64,000 nucleotides of DNA from an uncultured Erysipelotrichaceae bacterium (GCA_964613305.1 CAZTII010000001.1:11990-75989); one strand, 5' to 3'; positions 20,014 through 29,900 are shown, numbered from the stretch's first letter. Numbers and translations are program-made. Notes: generated from the sequence alone by a model not told the origin.

Positions 20014-20116
20014 GATGGGAGGGATTGTTTTGGATAGTATACCGCAACAGAAATACAATAAATAAAGTAAAGATACTTTTTTGTGTGTCTTTACTATAAT
20101 GAAGGAGGTAGAGACG

Positions 20117-22804
20117 ATGAAAAAGAGAAATAATTTTCACCACGTTTATGAACATTCTGATTTAATTTCTATGGCTGAATTTGCTCAGATGGATATGAAT
20201 TTAGTGTATGAGTTTACCCACTCAAAATCTACAGGTTTAAGTAGCGAACAAGTAGAAATAAACTTAGAACAGTTTGGCTCAAATGAAATTACGGAAATGA
20301 AAGAAGATTCTGTCTTTGTTCAGTTTTTAAAAACATTTTTGGACCCATTTTCAATTATTTTAATTTTATTAGCAATTGTATCATATATAACAGATGTTAT
20401 ATTAGTAAGTGGAGAAGATAAAAATCCTATTACTGTTTTTGTTATTTTAATTTTAGTGTTTATAAGTAGTTCCATACGATTTGTACAAGAAAGAAAAAGT
20501 TCTTTAGCTATGACTCAACTTCTTGATCAAGTGGCACTTACCATCGGTGTTTTACGTGATGGTAATGAGATTGAAGTGTCTTTTGATGAAGTAGTTGTTG
20601 GTGACATTATTGTTCTTTCAGCAGGGGATATGCTTCCTGCCGATTGTCGAGTGATTAGTGCAAAGGATTTGTTTGTGTCTCAATCATCATTGACTGGAGA
20701 AAGTGATTCTATTGAAAAAATGGAAAAAATTAGTTCCAGAAAAAAAGATAGTATTATGGATTATGAAAATCTTGTATTTATGGGTAGTGATGTTGTTAGT
20801 GGTGCTGCCTTAGCAATCGTATTAAAAGTTGGTAACCATACAACATTAGGAGAAGTTGCATCAAAATTAACTGAGAAACCAAGTGCTACAAGCTTTGATC
20901 GTAGTGTTAATTCGATTTCAACGCTATTAATTCGTTTTATGTTAGTGATGGTTCCAGTTGTATTTTTTATTAATGGCTTTAGTAAAAAGAATTGGTTGGA
21001 TGCATTTTTGTTTTCGGTGAGTATTGCGGTTGGATTAACACCAGAAATGTTACCAATGATTGTAACGAGTTGTTTAGCTAAAGGTGCTATTGCGATGTCT
21101 AATAAAAAGACGGTTATTAAACAACTTCAGGCAATTCAAAATTTTGGAGCGATGGATATTTTATGTACTGATAAAACAGGAACACTAACACGTGATGAAG
21201 TAATTTTGGAGCATCATTTGAATTTAGACGATGTAGAAGATGATAAGGTGTTATCGTTTGGTTATTTAAATTCATTTCATCAAACAGGTCTTAAAAATTT
21301 AATGGACAAATCGATTATTAAACGTTGTGAATCGATTGTATTTAACGATGAACCGATGAAAAATAATATTATTTCATACAATAAGGTAGATGAAATTCCT
21401 TTTGATTTTGGTAGAAAAAGAATGAGTGTTGTTGTTGAAAACAAGGATAACAATTATTTGATTTGTAAAGGTGCAGTCGAGGAAATGTTATCGCTTTGCA
21501 TTAGTAAAGAAAAAGATAATGTTGTCTCTGAGTTGACTAGTGATGATATCGCATTAGTGAGTAAGCAAGTGGAAGCTTGGAATTTAGAAGGTTTTCGTGT
21601 TATTGCGGTAGCATATAAAAAATGCAAGAAAAATCAACGTATTTTTTCATTAGATGATGAAAAAGACTTAGTATTATTAGGCTATCTTACTTTCTTAGAC
21701 CCACCGAAGGAAAGCGCTGAAGAAGCTATCCGTGCCCTTCATAAACAAGGAATTGATGTTAAGGTATTAACTGGTGATAATGACGCTGTAACACGTGCTA
21801 TATGCGCTAAAGTTGGTATTGCCACGGAACCAATTTGTTTAGGTGTTGATGTTGAAAAGATGACCGATGAAGAATTGTATCAAGTTGCCTTTAAAACACC
21901 AATTTTCGCGAAATTATCGCCGGCTCAAAAAGCACGTATTATTCGTATTTTAAAAGATAGTAATCACACTGTTGGTTATATGGGTGATGGTATTAATGAT
22001 GCCTTAGCACTAAAAGAATCAGATATTGGTATTAGTGTTGATACGGCAGTTGATATTTCTAAAGAAGCAGCGGATATGATTTTATTAGAAAAAGATTTAA
22101 TGGTATTAAAAGATGGAATTATTGAAGGTAGAATAACATGTGTTAACATGATTAAATACTTAAAAATGACCATTAGTAGTAATTTTGGTAACATGTTTAG
22201 TGTTGTTGTAGCTAGTTTATTTTTACCATTTTTACCAATGATTCCAGTACAGCTTATCGTGTTAAATGTTACGTATGATTTAAGTTGTACGGCTATTCCT
22301 TGGGATTTAGTTGATGAGGAATTAATTGACCATCCAACTAAATGGGATAGTGATAGCATAAAGAAGTTCATGGTTTCTATTGGACCGATATCAAGTATTT
22401 TTGATTGTTTAATGTTTGCGATTTTGTACTTTATTTTAATTCCTAAATTGTGTGGTGGAAGTTATTCGACATTATCACCTGCAGCACAACTACAATTTAG
22501 TTCACTATTTCAAACAGGATGGTTTATTGCTTCCATGTGGACTCAATCGTTGGTCATTCACTTTATTCGTACCCAACACATTCCTTTTGTTCAATCAAGA
22601 CCAGCAAAAGTGTTATTTTTTGCCAGTATTTTAAGTATTATTTTTGTTACTAGCTTACCATATACACCTTTAGCGACGTCACTTCATCTTCAACCACTAC
22701 CATTGGAATATTTCTTTTACTTAATTGCTGTTGTAAGTGGTTATATGATGACAATGTTGGTTGCAAAAAAACAATTTATGAAGAAAAATGGTATTTGGAT
22801 TTAA
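20117..22804 (+). CDS. mgtA: Mg2+-importing P-type ATPase
   Basis: TGES, DKTGTLT, TGDN and GDGINDALAL are all present. Start at MKKRNNF (ATG 20117) behind GAAGGAGGT; the track start 20081 is less likely. Confidence 0.88.
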   Translation: MKKRNNFHHVYEHSDLISMAEFAQMDMNLVYEFTHSKSTGLSSEQVEINLEQFGSNEITEMKEDSVFVQFLKTFLDPFSIILILLAIVSYITDVILVSGEDKNPITVFVILILVFISSSIRFVQERKSSLAMTQLLDQVALTIGVLRDGNEIEVSFDEVVVGDIIVLSAGDMLPADCRVISAKDLFVSQSSLTGESDSIEKMEKISSRKKDSIMDYENLVFMGSDVVSGAALAIVLKVGNHTTLGEVASKLTEKPSATSFDRSVNSISTLLIRFMLVMVPVVFFINGFSKKNWLDAFLFSVSIAVGLTPEMLPMIVTSCLAKGAIAMSNKKTVIKQLQAIQNFGAMDILCTDKTGTLTRDEVILEHHLNLDDVEDDKVLSFGYLNSFHQTGLKNLMDKSIIKRCESIVFNDEPMKNNIISYNKVDEIPFDFGRKRMSVVVENKDNNYLICKGAVEEMLSLCISKEKDNVVSELTSDDIALVSKQVEAWNLEGFRVIAVAYKKCKKNQRIFSLDDEKDLVLLGYLTFLDPPKESAEEAIRALHKQGIDVKVLTGDNDAVTRAICAKVGIATEPICLGVDVEKMTDEELYQVAFKTPIFAKLSPAQKARIIRILKDSNHTVGYMGDGINDALALKESDIGISVDTAVDISKEAADMILLEKDLMVLKDGIIEGRITCVNMIKYLKMTISSNFGNMFSVVVASLFLPFLPMIPVQLIVLNVTYDLSCTAIPWDLVDEELIDHPTKWDSDSIKKFMVSIGPISSIFDCLMFAILYFILIPKLCGGSYSTLSPAAQLQFSSLFQTGWFIASMWTQSLVIHFIRTQHIPFVQSRPAKVLFFASILSIIFVTSLPYTPLATSLHLQPLPLEYFFYLIAVVSGYMMTMLVAKKQFMKKNGIWI

Positions 22805-22829
22805 AGCGTTGTATTTTAACGCTTTTTTT
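22803..22829 (+). terminator. Rho-independent terminator of mgtA
   Basis: AAAGCGTT / AACGCTTT stem followed by a T run. Confidence 0.75.
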
Positions 22830-22901
22830 ATTTGTTTTTATAATAATAAACAAATTATTTGAAGTGTGATATAAATAAATGTAATATAGGGGGCTTTAAT
22901 T

Positions 22902-24263
22902 ATGGACAATAACAATACAAAAAAATTCAATAAAGTAAAAATTCATCATATTAAAATAATTTTTACCGTATTAAGTATTGTTTCAAGTGGATTACTTGCG
23001 ATGATAGTATATAGTATATCAACGATTAATAAAATTGAAGAACAACTTATCGATGTTCAACGCGATTATGACGTTGTTATTCAATCAGCCGCAAATTTAA
23101 TGCAAGGTTCTGATTTCTTAACGGCTCAAGTGTGGCGTTTTGTTGCGACTGGGCAGCGAGAATACATGGATAGTTATTGGTATGAAGTAAATGTCGTTAA
23201 AAGTAGAGATGCTTCACTTGATACATTGACGCAAGGGAAACACTTATCGGAACTAGTAGAACAATTAACGATTGCGAAAGCTGAATCAGATGCATTGGTT
23301 GGGTTAGAACTTTGGGGCATGCGCATGATTTGTGATGCAAATGGAATGCCAGTTTCAGAAATGCCAAAAGAAGTAGCTGAATACATTGTTCCTGAAATTG
23401 ATAAACAATTACCGAATGATTTAAAGAAAGTATTGGCAATAAAGTGGTTGTTCGGTGAAAAATATAAAGAAAGCAAAGGAAGAATTATTGATGCAGTTAA
23501 ACAGTGTCGTTTAATTGAACAAAACATATTCAATGATACGATGACGTTGATGAAGAAAAGGATTGATACATATTCTAACATTATTCGTTTTTCATCAATT
23601 TCCTTATTTGTCTTGCTAGTGTCTTCTGTAATATTTTATTTTAATATGATTATTAAGAAAGTTAGAAAATTACGTTCTGATTTTTTACATGGGCATCGAA
23701 TTCATCTTGGTAATGAAAGTGATGATGTATCTGAAAGCTTAAGTTTCTATTACGAGTTATTAGAACAGATTTATTTAAGGGATGAACAAATAAGTAATTT
23801 AGCGCGTTTGGATGAATTAACGAAGTTACCAAGTAAACCAATGGCGAATGAGTTAATGGCAGAAGCGATGAATAATTATGTGAATACGCTTGGTTTAATT
23901 TTAATTGAAATTGAAAATTTTGAAAAATTTAATTTTGAACACGGTGTTAGTATTGGTGATCGATTGTTGATTGAAGTTGGTAAACGGTTTTCACAAACGG
24001 TTACTGAAGGTGAGGGATTTGTAGCGCGAGTTGGCGATAAAAAATTCTTAGCGGTTGTTTATAATGTTGATGAAAAGAAATTAAATAAATTTAGAGAACT
24101 ACTTATTTCTAAAATTAATAGTATTACTAGTGAATCGATTGGATTAAGAGGAAGTGATTTAAAAATTGAACTTAATTCGGGGTTAACGTATTGGACACGC
24201 TCAGGATATTCTAACGTAACGGATTTAGTTCGTGAACTTGATCGTTCTTTGTATAAAGGTTAA
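22902..24263 (+). CDS. Membrane sensor protein with degenerate GGDEF domain
   Basis: Two TM segments flank an extracytoplasmic region of about 190 aa. The C-terminal GGDEF fold (IENFEKFNFEHGVSIGDRLL) has GDKKF where GGDEF is expected. Confidence 0.75.
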   Translation: MDNNNTKKFNKVKIHHIKIIFTVLSIVSSGLLAMIVYSISTINKIEEQLIDVQRDYDVVIQSAANLMQGSDFLTAQVWRFVATGQREYMDSYWYEVNVVKSRDASLDTLTQGKHLSELVEQLTIAKAESDALVGLELWGMRMICDANGMPVSEMPKEVAEYIVPEIDKQLPNDLKKVLAIKWLFGEKYKESKGRIIDAVKQCRLIEQNIFNDTMTLMKKRIDTYSNIIRFSSISLFVLLVSSVIFYFNMIIKKVRKLRSDFLHGHRIHLGNESDDVSESLSFYYELLEQIYLRDEQISNLARLDELTKLPSKPMANELMAEAMNNYVNTLGLILIEIENFEKFNFEHGVSIGDRLLIEVGKRFSQTVTEGEGFVARVGDKKFLAVVYNVDEKKLNKFRELLISKINSITSESIGLRGSDLKIELNSGLTYWTRSGYSNVTDLVRELDRSLYKG

Positions 24264-24278
24264 GTAGTGGAGAGAAGT

Positions 24279-26543
24279 ATGACTGAAGATAATAACAAAA
24301 AAGAATTGTCTATTTTAAAAAGTAAAGTATTTTTACGGGTTTTATTTAGTATCATTATTGTTTGTATTGCGGCAGTAGCTTCTGTGTTTTACCATTCATC
24401 GAAAAAAATACAAACAATTGATATTGATGTTGCGAAAGCTAGATCTTTGGTAATGATTGAACGAAATGCGATGTTAATTGATTTAAAATTAATTGAGACG
24501 AAAAGAAAACATACGTTGTTGTTGGAAAGTTATCAACGTGATGTTGATAGCTATCAGCGCCAGTTAACAAACTTTATGAATGAAAATAATCCGGTATTTG
24601 TTAATTTATTGGATAATGATGGTGTTCCCTTTTTATATCAAGGAGAAGAAAGTTTATTACGCTATTATCGTCCTCAATTGGATAGGCAATCTCATGTGTC
24701 ATCTCCTTATTATGGATATGGTGGAACTAAGCAAATAACCTTTGAAGAACCTTTACTAAAAGGCAATGAACATGTTGGTGTGATGTGTATTAGTTATCCT
24801 ATAAAAGCGTATTTTGAGTTGTATGGGAATGAATTTTTAGATAGTAATCATTATTCTTGCATCATTGATCGAAGTGGCATCATTGTATATGCTTCTAAGA
24901 AATTGGAAAAAGAACGTCGATTTAATAATTTATTTGATTCTCTTCATAAAGATGGTGTTAGTGATGATAGTATGGCAGTGATTGAGACTGTACTGGACAA
25001 TCATGCGAAAGAATCACTTATCTTACCTTATGGTGATGGTAAAGCGTTTTATGGTATTATTCCATTAGAAGGGCATGAGGGATGGTATACGGTTAGTATT
25101 TTGCCACAATCCATCCTTATTCAAGAAGAAGCTTTGAAAAATAGTGGAATGAGTATTTTATTTTTTATGTTAGTCGTACTTATTATCTCGTTTGCTGGTT
25201 ATTTTTTCATTAATAATAAGGTAGAAACGAAGGAAACAAAGAAACGATTGTCGTTAGATACTTTAACAGGTTTATATAATTTTGTTGGTTTTAAAGAAGC
25301 AGCACAATACGCATTAACACTGCGACCAAAACAAAAATTTGCGCTTGTTTTTTGTGATATAAAACAATTTAAAATGATTAATGATTCGTATGGATATCAT
25401 GTAGGAGATGCTTTATTACGCTATATCGGTGTTATTTTGGATTCTGATTATGATACTGTTGTGGCTGGTAGAATTAGTAATGATAATTACATTGTTCTAA
25501 TTCAATATGAATTACAAGAAGATTTAAGTAATTATCATGTTCGAATTCAACAAGCATTATCATCAACGACGAGCGTAGTGCCAGAAAATGTGCTTCTTGT
25601 CTTATTTAGTGGATTTTATATTATACCAAAAACGTGGTATGTGGAAAACATATCTGTTCAAAGTATGATGGATAGAGCGAAAATAGCTCACAAAGAGTCA
25701 AAAAAGAGTAATAATCAATCGATGCAGATTTATTCGGATGCCATGTTGTCATCACAAGTTGTTGAATATGAATTAGAAAAAAGAATGAATATAGCATTAG
25801 AAAATAGTGAATTTCTTGTTTATTTACAGCCTAAAGTGCGATTATCTGATAAAAAAGTTGTGTCATGTGAAGCGTTAGTTCGTTGGGCACATCCAGAAAA
25901 AGGCTTAATTATGCCCAATGAATTTATTCCATTGTTTGAAAAGAATGGTTTTATTCGTCAATTGGATACGTACATGTTAGAGAAATCGTGTATCTTATTG
26001 AGTAAATGGGTTAAAATATATGAGGAAGTACCACAAATTGCTGTAAATGTTTCTAAAGCACTTTTAAATGATGATGTGTTTTTATTTAAATTTACGGATA
26101 TTATTGAAAAATACGATATACCTTTAAAATTGATTGAATTAGAATTTACGGAAAGTTTAGCAATTAATAGTCCTGACCGTTTACGTGAAGTCGTTGATTA
26201 TTTTAGAAATAAAGGGTTTTGTTGTGCTATTGATGATTTTGGTTCTGGTTATTCTTCACTTAATCTATTGCGTTCCATCGATTTGGATACACTTAAATTA
26301 GATCGTCTTTTCTTTAATCGTACGGGCACAAGTGATCGTGAAAAAACGATTGTCCGCAACATTGTCAATATGGCACATGAATTAAAGATGGTTACTGTTG
26401 CGGAAGGTGTAGAACACACGGAAACAGTTTCTTTCTTAGAAGATATCGGATGTGAATATGTTCAAGGTTTTGTTTATGCTAAACCGATGACAATTGAACA
26501 ATTTGAATCAACATATTTATCTAAAAAAAGCACTCAGAGTTGA
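24279..26543 (+). CDS. Cache-type sensor / degenerate GGDEF / EAL protein (c-di-GMP phosphodiesterase type)
   Basis: Extracytoplasmic Cache-like region (SSPYYGYGGTKQITFEEPL). The GGDEF domain has SNDNY at the signature. The EAL domain is intact (CEALVRW, EFTES, DDFGSGYSS, EGVEHTE, QGFVYAKP). ATG 24279 behind GGAGAGAAG. Confidence 0.8.
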   Translation: MTEDNNKKELSILKSKVFLRVLFSIIIVCIAAVASVFYHSSKKIQTIDIDVAKARSLVMIERNAMLIDLKLIETKRKHTLLLESYQRDVDSYQRQLTNFMNENNPVFVNLLDNDGVPFLYQGEESLLRYYRPQLDRQSHVSSPYYGYGGTKQITFEEPLLKGNEHVGVMCISYPIKAYFELYGNEFLDSNHYSCIIDRSGIIVYASKKLEKERRFNNLFDSLHKDGVSDDSMAVIETVLDNHAKESLILPYGDGKAFYGIIPLEGHEGWYTVSILPQSILIQEEALKNSGMSILFFMLVVLIISFAGYFFINNKVETKETKKRLSLDTLTGLYNFVGFKEAAQYALTLRPKQKFALVFCDIKQFKMINDSYGYHVGDALLRYIGVILDSDYDTVVAGRISNDNYIVLIQYELQEDLSNYHVRIQQALSSTTSVVPENVLLVLFSGFYIIPKTWYVENISVQSMMDRAKIAHKESKKSNNQSMQIYSDAMLSSQVVEYELEKRMNIALENSEFLVYLQPKVRLSDKKVVSCEALVRWAHPEKGLIMPNEFIPLFEKNGFIRQLDTYMLEKSCILLSKWVKIYEEVPQIAVNVSKALLNDDVFLFKFTDIIEKYDIPLKLIELEFTESLAINSPDRLREVVDYFRNKGFCCAIDDFGSGYSSLNLLRSIDLDTLKLDRLFFNRTGTSDREKTIVRNIVNMAHELKMVTVAEGVEHTETVSFLEDIGCEYVQGFVYAKPMTIEQFESTYLSKKSTQS

Positions 26544-26550
26544 GTGCTTT
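26527..26550. terminator. Bidirectional terminator shared by convergent genes
   Basis: AAAGCACTCA GAGT TGAGTGCTTT, a perfect 10-bp stem flanked by A and T runs. It overlaps both stop codons. Confidence 0.75.
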
Positions 26551-26872
26551 ATGCTTTTTTGACAAATTCAGATTTAATACTTACTTTTCCCATTCCTTCA
26601 ATACGACAATCAATGTTGTGAATTCCATCATCGATTAATTTAATGTTTTTAACTTTTGTTCCTTGTTTTATACCAGTTCTTGATCCTTTTACTTTTAAAT
26701 CTTTCATGACAATAATATCATCACCATCATTTAAGTCTTGCCCATGCATATCTTGTACAACATATTTAATTGTATTGTCTGCGGGATTCCATGTTTTCCA
26801 ACAGTCATAACAAACTTGATTAACGCCATCAAAATAGGTGTTGTTACTATTACAATCTAAACAAATTATCAT
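26549..26872 (-). CDS. phnA: PhnA/YjdM zinc-ribbon protein
   Basis: N-terminal CxxC...CxxC zinc ribbon, plus a C-terminal block DGDDIIVMKDLKVKGSRTGIKQGTKVKNIKL...IDCRIEG typical of PhnA. Confidence 0.8.
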   Translation of the reverse strand: MIICLDCNSNNTYFDGVNQVCYDCWKTWNPADNTIKYVVQDMHGQDLNDGDDIIVMKDLKVKGSRTGIKQGTKVKNIKLIDDGIHNIDCRIEGMGKVSIKSEFVKKA

Positions 26873-26941
26873 ATATTTACCTCAACTTTCGCTTATAGTA
26901 TAGCACATTTTTTCTATTTTTTCATTTTTTTTAAAATAATA

Positions 26942-26970
26942 TTGACAATTGGTTGAATCAATACTAAACT
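26942..26970 (+). promoter_or_regulatory. Sigma-A type promoter of the T-box leader
   Basis: TTGACA (26942-26947), 17-nt spacer, TAAACT (26965-26970). Confidence 0.65.
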
Positions 26971-26984
26971 TTAATAAACTAAAG

Positions 26985-27237
26985 ATTGAGAGATAAAACA
27001 AATTAGTCGCTTAAAGAGAGTTGGGGTAGGTGGAAGCCCAATAGAGATGACGGTTTGACAAGTGGACTCATGAGGGCAGGGTGAAAAAGTAATTGAGTAG
27101 CCTATGACGTATGGTGGCGTTAACATCAGAAAATGTGATGGCATTTTTGATTGAGTGGGTAATGAAAATTACCAATAAAGGTGGTACCGCAGGTGAATAT
27201 ACACTTGTCCTTTTGGGGGATGAGTGTTTTTTTATTC
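26985..27237 (+). promoter_or_regulatory. T-box riboswitch leader (probable AUG/Met specifier) with terminator
   Basis: AG bulge AGAGAG (27015-27020). Distal hairpin TTGGG-GTAGGTGGAAG-CCCAA. GAGTAG and the F-box-like GGCGTTA. T-box core AAAGGTGGTACCGCAG (27177-27192). Terminator ACACTTGTCC/GGATGAGTGT plus T7 (27201-27237). Confidence 0.85.
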
Positions 27238-27268
27238 CTTAATCAAAAACCATAGAAAGAGGAGAGTT

Positions 27269-28234
27269 ATGAAAAGACTATTAATCGGGTTATGCGCAGT
27301 TTTAATGCTAAGTGGTTGTGGAAGTAAGGAGAGTAGTGTGGCAAAGATTGGTGTTATCCAATTAGTTGAGCACACGTCATTAAATGAGATTTACGATAGT
27401 TTTTCAAAAGAGTTAGTTGCTTTAGGATATGAAGATGGAAAAAATGTAGTAGTTGATTTTAAAAATTGCCAAGGTGAATTATCAAATTTACCATCAATCG
27501 TTCAAAACTTTGAAGCGGATAAAAAAGATGTCGTTGTGGCTATTACAACTCCAGTTGCTCAAGGGGCAATGGCATTAGCTAAAAATACACCAGTTGTATT
27601 TTCTGCTGTAACTGATCCTGTTGCGGCGAAGATTGTTACTGATTTATCGGTTACAGATAAAAATATTACAGGAACTAGTGATGCGGTTTCTGTTGAACAA
27701 ATTATTGAACTAGCAATGACTCTAGTTCCAAGTGCTAAAAAAGTTGGATTTATTTATAATCCGTCAGAAGCAAATTCAGTATCTAACTATGAAAAATTAC
27801 TTGTTGTTGCTAAAGATAAACAACTTGAAGTGGAAGCAGTATCCATCGCTTCATCAACAGAACTACAAACTGCGGCAAGTGTATTGTGTACAAAAGTCGA
27901 TATGATTTTTGTTTCTAATGATAATACTGTTGCGGAAGGTATGCCAATTTTAGCAAAAGTTGCCAATGAGGCAAAAATTCCAGTATTTACTGGTGCTGAT
28001 TCTATGGTTAAAGATGGTGGTTTAGCGACAGTAGGTATCGATTATTCTGAATTAGGTAAGAAGACAGCACAAATGGTTGTTGAAATATTAAAAGGTAAAA
28101 AAGTTAGTGAACTACCAGTTGTTGTATTTAAGGATAATTTATTTATTACCATTAATGAAACTACAGCTGCAGCAATTGGTTTAGCAATTCCAGAAGAAGT
28201 TTTAAAAAATCCTAAGTGTATTTTGGTGAAATAG
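27269..28234 (+). CDS. ABC transporter substrate-binding lipoprotein (ABC_sub_bind / COG2984-type)
   Basis: MKRLLIGLCAVLMLSGCGS lipobox, behind GAAAGAGGAGAG. IGVIQLVEHTSLNE and the overall layout fit the uncharacterised PF04392-type binding proteins (family from memory). Confidence 0.75.
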   Translation: MKRLLIGLCAVLMLSGCGSKESSVAKIGVIQLVEHTSLNEIYDSFSKELVALGYEDGKNVVVDFKNCQGELSNLPSIVQNFEADKKDVVVAITTPVAQGAMALAKNTPVVFSAVTDPVAAKIVTDLSVTDKNITGTSDAVSVEQIIELAMTLVPSAKKVGFIYNPSEANSVSNYEKLLVVAKDKQLEVEAVSIASSTELQTAASVLCTKVDMIFVSNDNTVAEGMPILAKVANEAKIPVFTGADSMVKDGGLATVGIDYSELGKKTAQMVVEILKGKKVSELPVVVFKDNLFITINETTAAAIGLAIPEEVLKNPKCILVK

Positions 28235-29119
28235 ATGAGTTTAAGTGTACTAGTTGGAGCTTGTGAATTAGGATGTATATTTGGCTTAGCATCCCTAGGA
28301 CTAACCATTTCGTTACGCATTTTAAATTTACCTGATCTAACGGTAGATGGAAGCTTTGTAACAGGAATGGCGTGTAGTGCAGTGGCTGTCATGTTTGGAC
28401 AGCCACTGTTAGGCGTTTTATTGGCGCTAATCGGCGGTGGGCTTGCTGGCCTTATGACCGGAGTTCTTCATACAAAGTTTAATATTCAAGCAATATTGGC
28501 GGGAATATTGACGATGACTGCATCGTATTCTATCAACTTAAAAATTATGAATAACCAACCAAGTTTATTTTTCTACAACGATAAAACAATATTTTCAGAT
28601 ATTGGTAGTTTAATGGTAGGTGGAGTTGATGTATCAAAACTCATTGTTTTATTAATTATTTGTTTGATTGTTATTGTATTTTATCGAATTTTCTTTAAAA
28701 CTACGGTTGGTTTAGCATTACGTGCAACAGGCGATAATGAAGAGATGGTACGCAGTTCTTCTATTAATACCGATCAAATGAAAATATTAGGATTTGTTAT
28801 AACCAATAGTGTAGTAGCATTATCTGGTGCTATTTATGCTCAATACAATCAAGCGGCTTCGCATGGTGCAGGAGCAGGTATCTTAGTATTATGTTGTGCT
28901 AGTATTATTATTGGAGAAACAATCTTCTTTAAGAAAGGTTTAAATCAATTGTTTGTAGCGGTATTGTTAGGTTCAATTGTGTATCGATTAATGATTACTT
29001 TTGCCTTCTATGTAGGGTTGCCTGCAAGCGATTTAAAATTATTTTCAGCGATTATTGTTATAACAGCCCTTGCTTTGCCTGAAATTAAGAAAAGAGGGAA
29101 AAAACGTGCTAGAGCTTAG
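28235..29119 (+). CDS. ABC transporter permease
   Basis: 294 aa with about 8 TM helices, directly abutting the binding-protein gene. Confidence 0.8.
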   Translation: MSLSVLVGACELGCIFGLASLGLTISLRILNLPDLTVDGSFVTGMACSAVAVMFGQPLLGVLLALIGGGLAGLMTGVLHTKFNIQAILAGILTMTASYSINLKIMNNQPSLFFYNDKTIFSDIGSLMVGGVDVSKLIVLLIICLIVIVFYRIFFKTTVGLALRATGDNEEMVRSSSINTDQMKILGFVITNSVVALSGAIYAQYNQAASHGAGAGILVLCCASIIIGETIFFKKGLNQLFVAVLLGSIVYRLMITFAFYVGLPASDLKLFSAIIVITALALPEIKKRGKKRARA

Positions 29120-29897
29120 AAATTGTACAGTTGTATTTAATGAAAATACGATTGATGAAACAAAAGCATTGGATAACATTAGTTTAGTGTGTGATGAAGG
29201 AGATTTTATTACCATTATCGGATCGAATGGTGCAGGAAAATCAACATTATTAAATGTTATTAATGGTACAGTAGCCCTTAAAAGTGGCCAAGTTTTTAAT
29301 GATGGTGAAGATATAACGGATTATCCTGATTTTAAAAGAGCGAACAAAATTGGTTGTTTATCACAAAATCCATTAAAAGGAACAGCTCCTCATATGACTA
29401 TTGAAGAAAACTGTTTGTTGGCTTATGGTCGTGGAGTAAAACGTCGTTTTAAATTTAAAATAAGCAACGAAGAAAAACAATTGTTTAAAGATGCGTGTGC
29501 TTCTCTTGAATTAGGATTAGAAAATCGTATGGAGGCTGAAGTTGGCGTTTTAAGTGGTGGACAGCGCCAAGCGCTTACTTTATTGATGGCAACGCTTGTT
29601 CCACCAAAATGTTTATTGTTGGATGAACATACAGCGGCCTTAGATCCAAAGATTGCGAAACATATGATGGAGTTAACCGATAAAATCGTTAAAAAGCACA
29701 ATATTACAACGTTGATGATTACGCATAATATTGACCAAGCGCTTCAATATGGCAATAAGACATTGATTATGAAGGGTGGTACAATCTTGGATGTTCTTGA
29801 AGGAGAACGTCGTAAAAACACGACAAAAGAGGATATTATGAAGGTGTATGAACGCTTACATGATACATTAGCGGATAGTTTTATTCTGGCCGATTAA
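29106..29897 (+). CDS. ABC transporter ATP-binding protein
   Basis: Walker A GSNGAGKST, signature LSGGQRQ, Walker B LLLDEHTAALD. GTG 29106 behind AGAGGGAAAAAA is preferred over the track start 29070. Confidence 0.85.
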   Translation: MLELRNCTVVFNENTIDETKALDNISLVCDEGDFITIIGSNGAGKSTLLNVINGTVALKSGQVFNDGEDITDYPDFKRANKIGCLSQNPLKGTAPHMTIEENCLLAYGRGVKRRFKFKISNEEKQLFKDACASLELGLENRMEAEVGVLSGGQRQALTLLMATLVPPKCLLLDEHTAALDPKIAKHMMELTDKIVKKHNITTLMITHNIDQALQYGNKTLIMKGGTILDVLEGERRKNTTKEDIMKVYERLHDTLADSFILAD

Positions 29898-29900
29898 TTA

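Noticed and set aside
19722-20155. Track ORFs 19722..19940 and 19937..20155 (minus strand, 72 aa each)
   Set aside because: They lie antisense across the M-box riboswitch, its promoter and the mgtA SD. They have no SD and their composition is odd, so the riboswitch explains the region.
21976-22634. ORFs 21976..22371 (minus strand) and 22452..22634 (plus strand) inside mgtA
   Set aside because: They are nested in, or out of frame with, the mgtA coding region, which carries all the P-type ATPase motifs. These are shadow ORFs.
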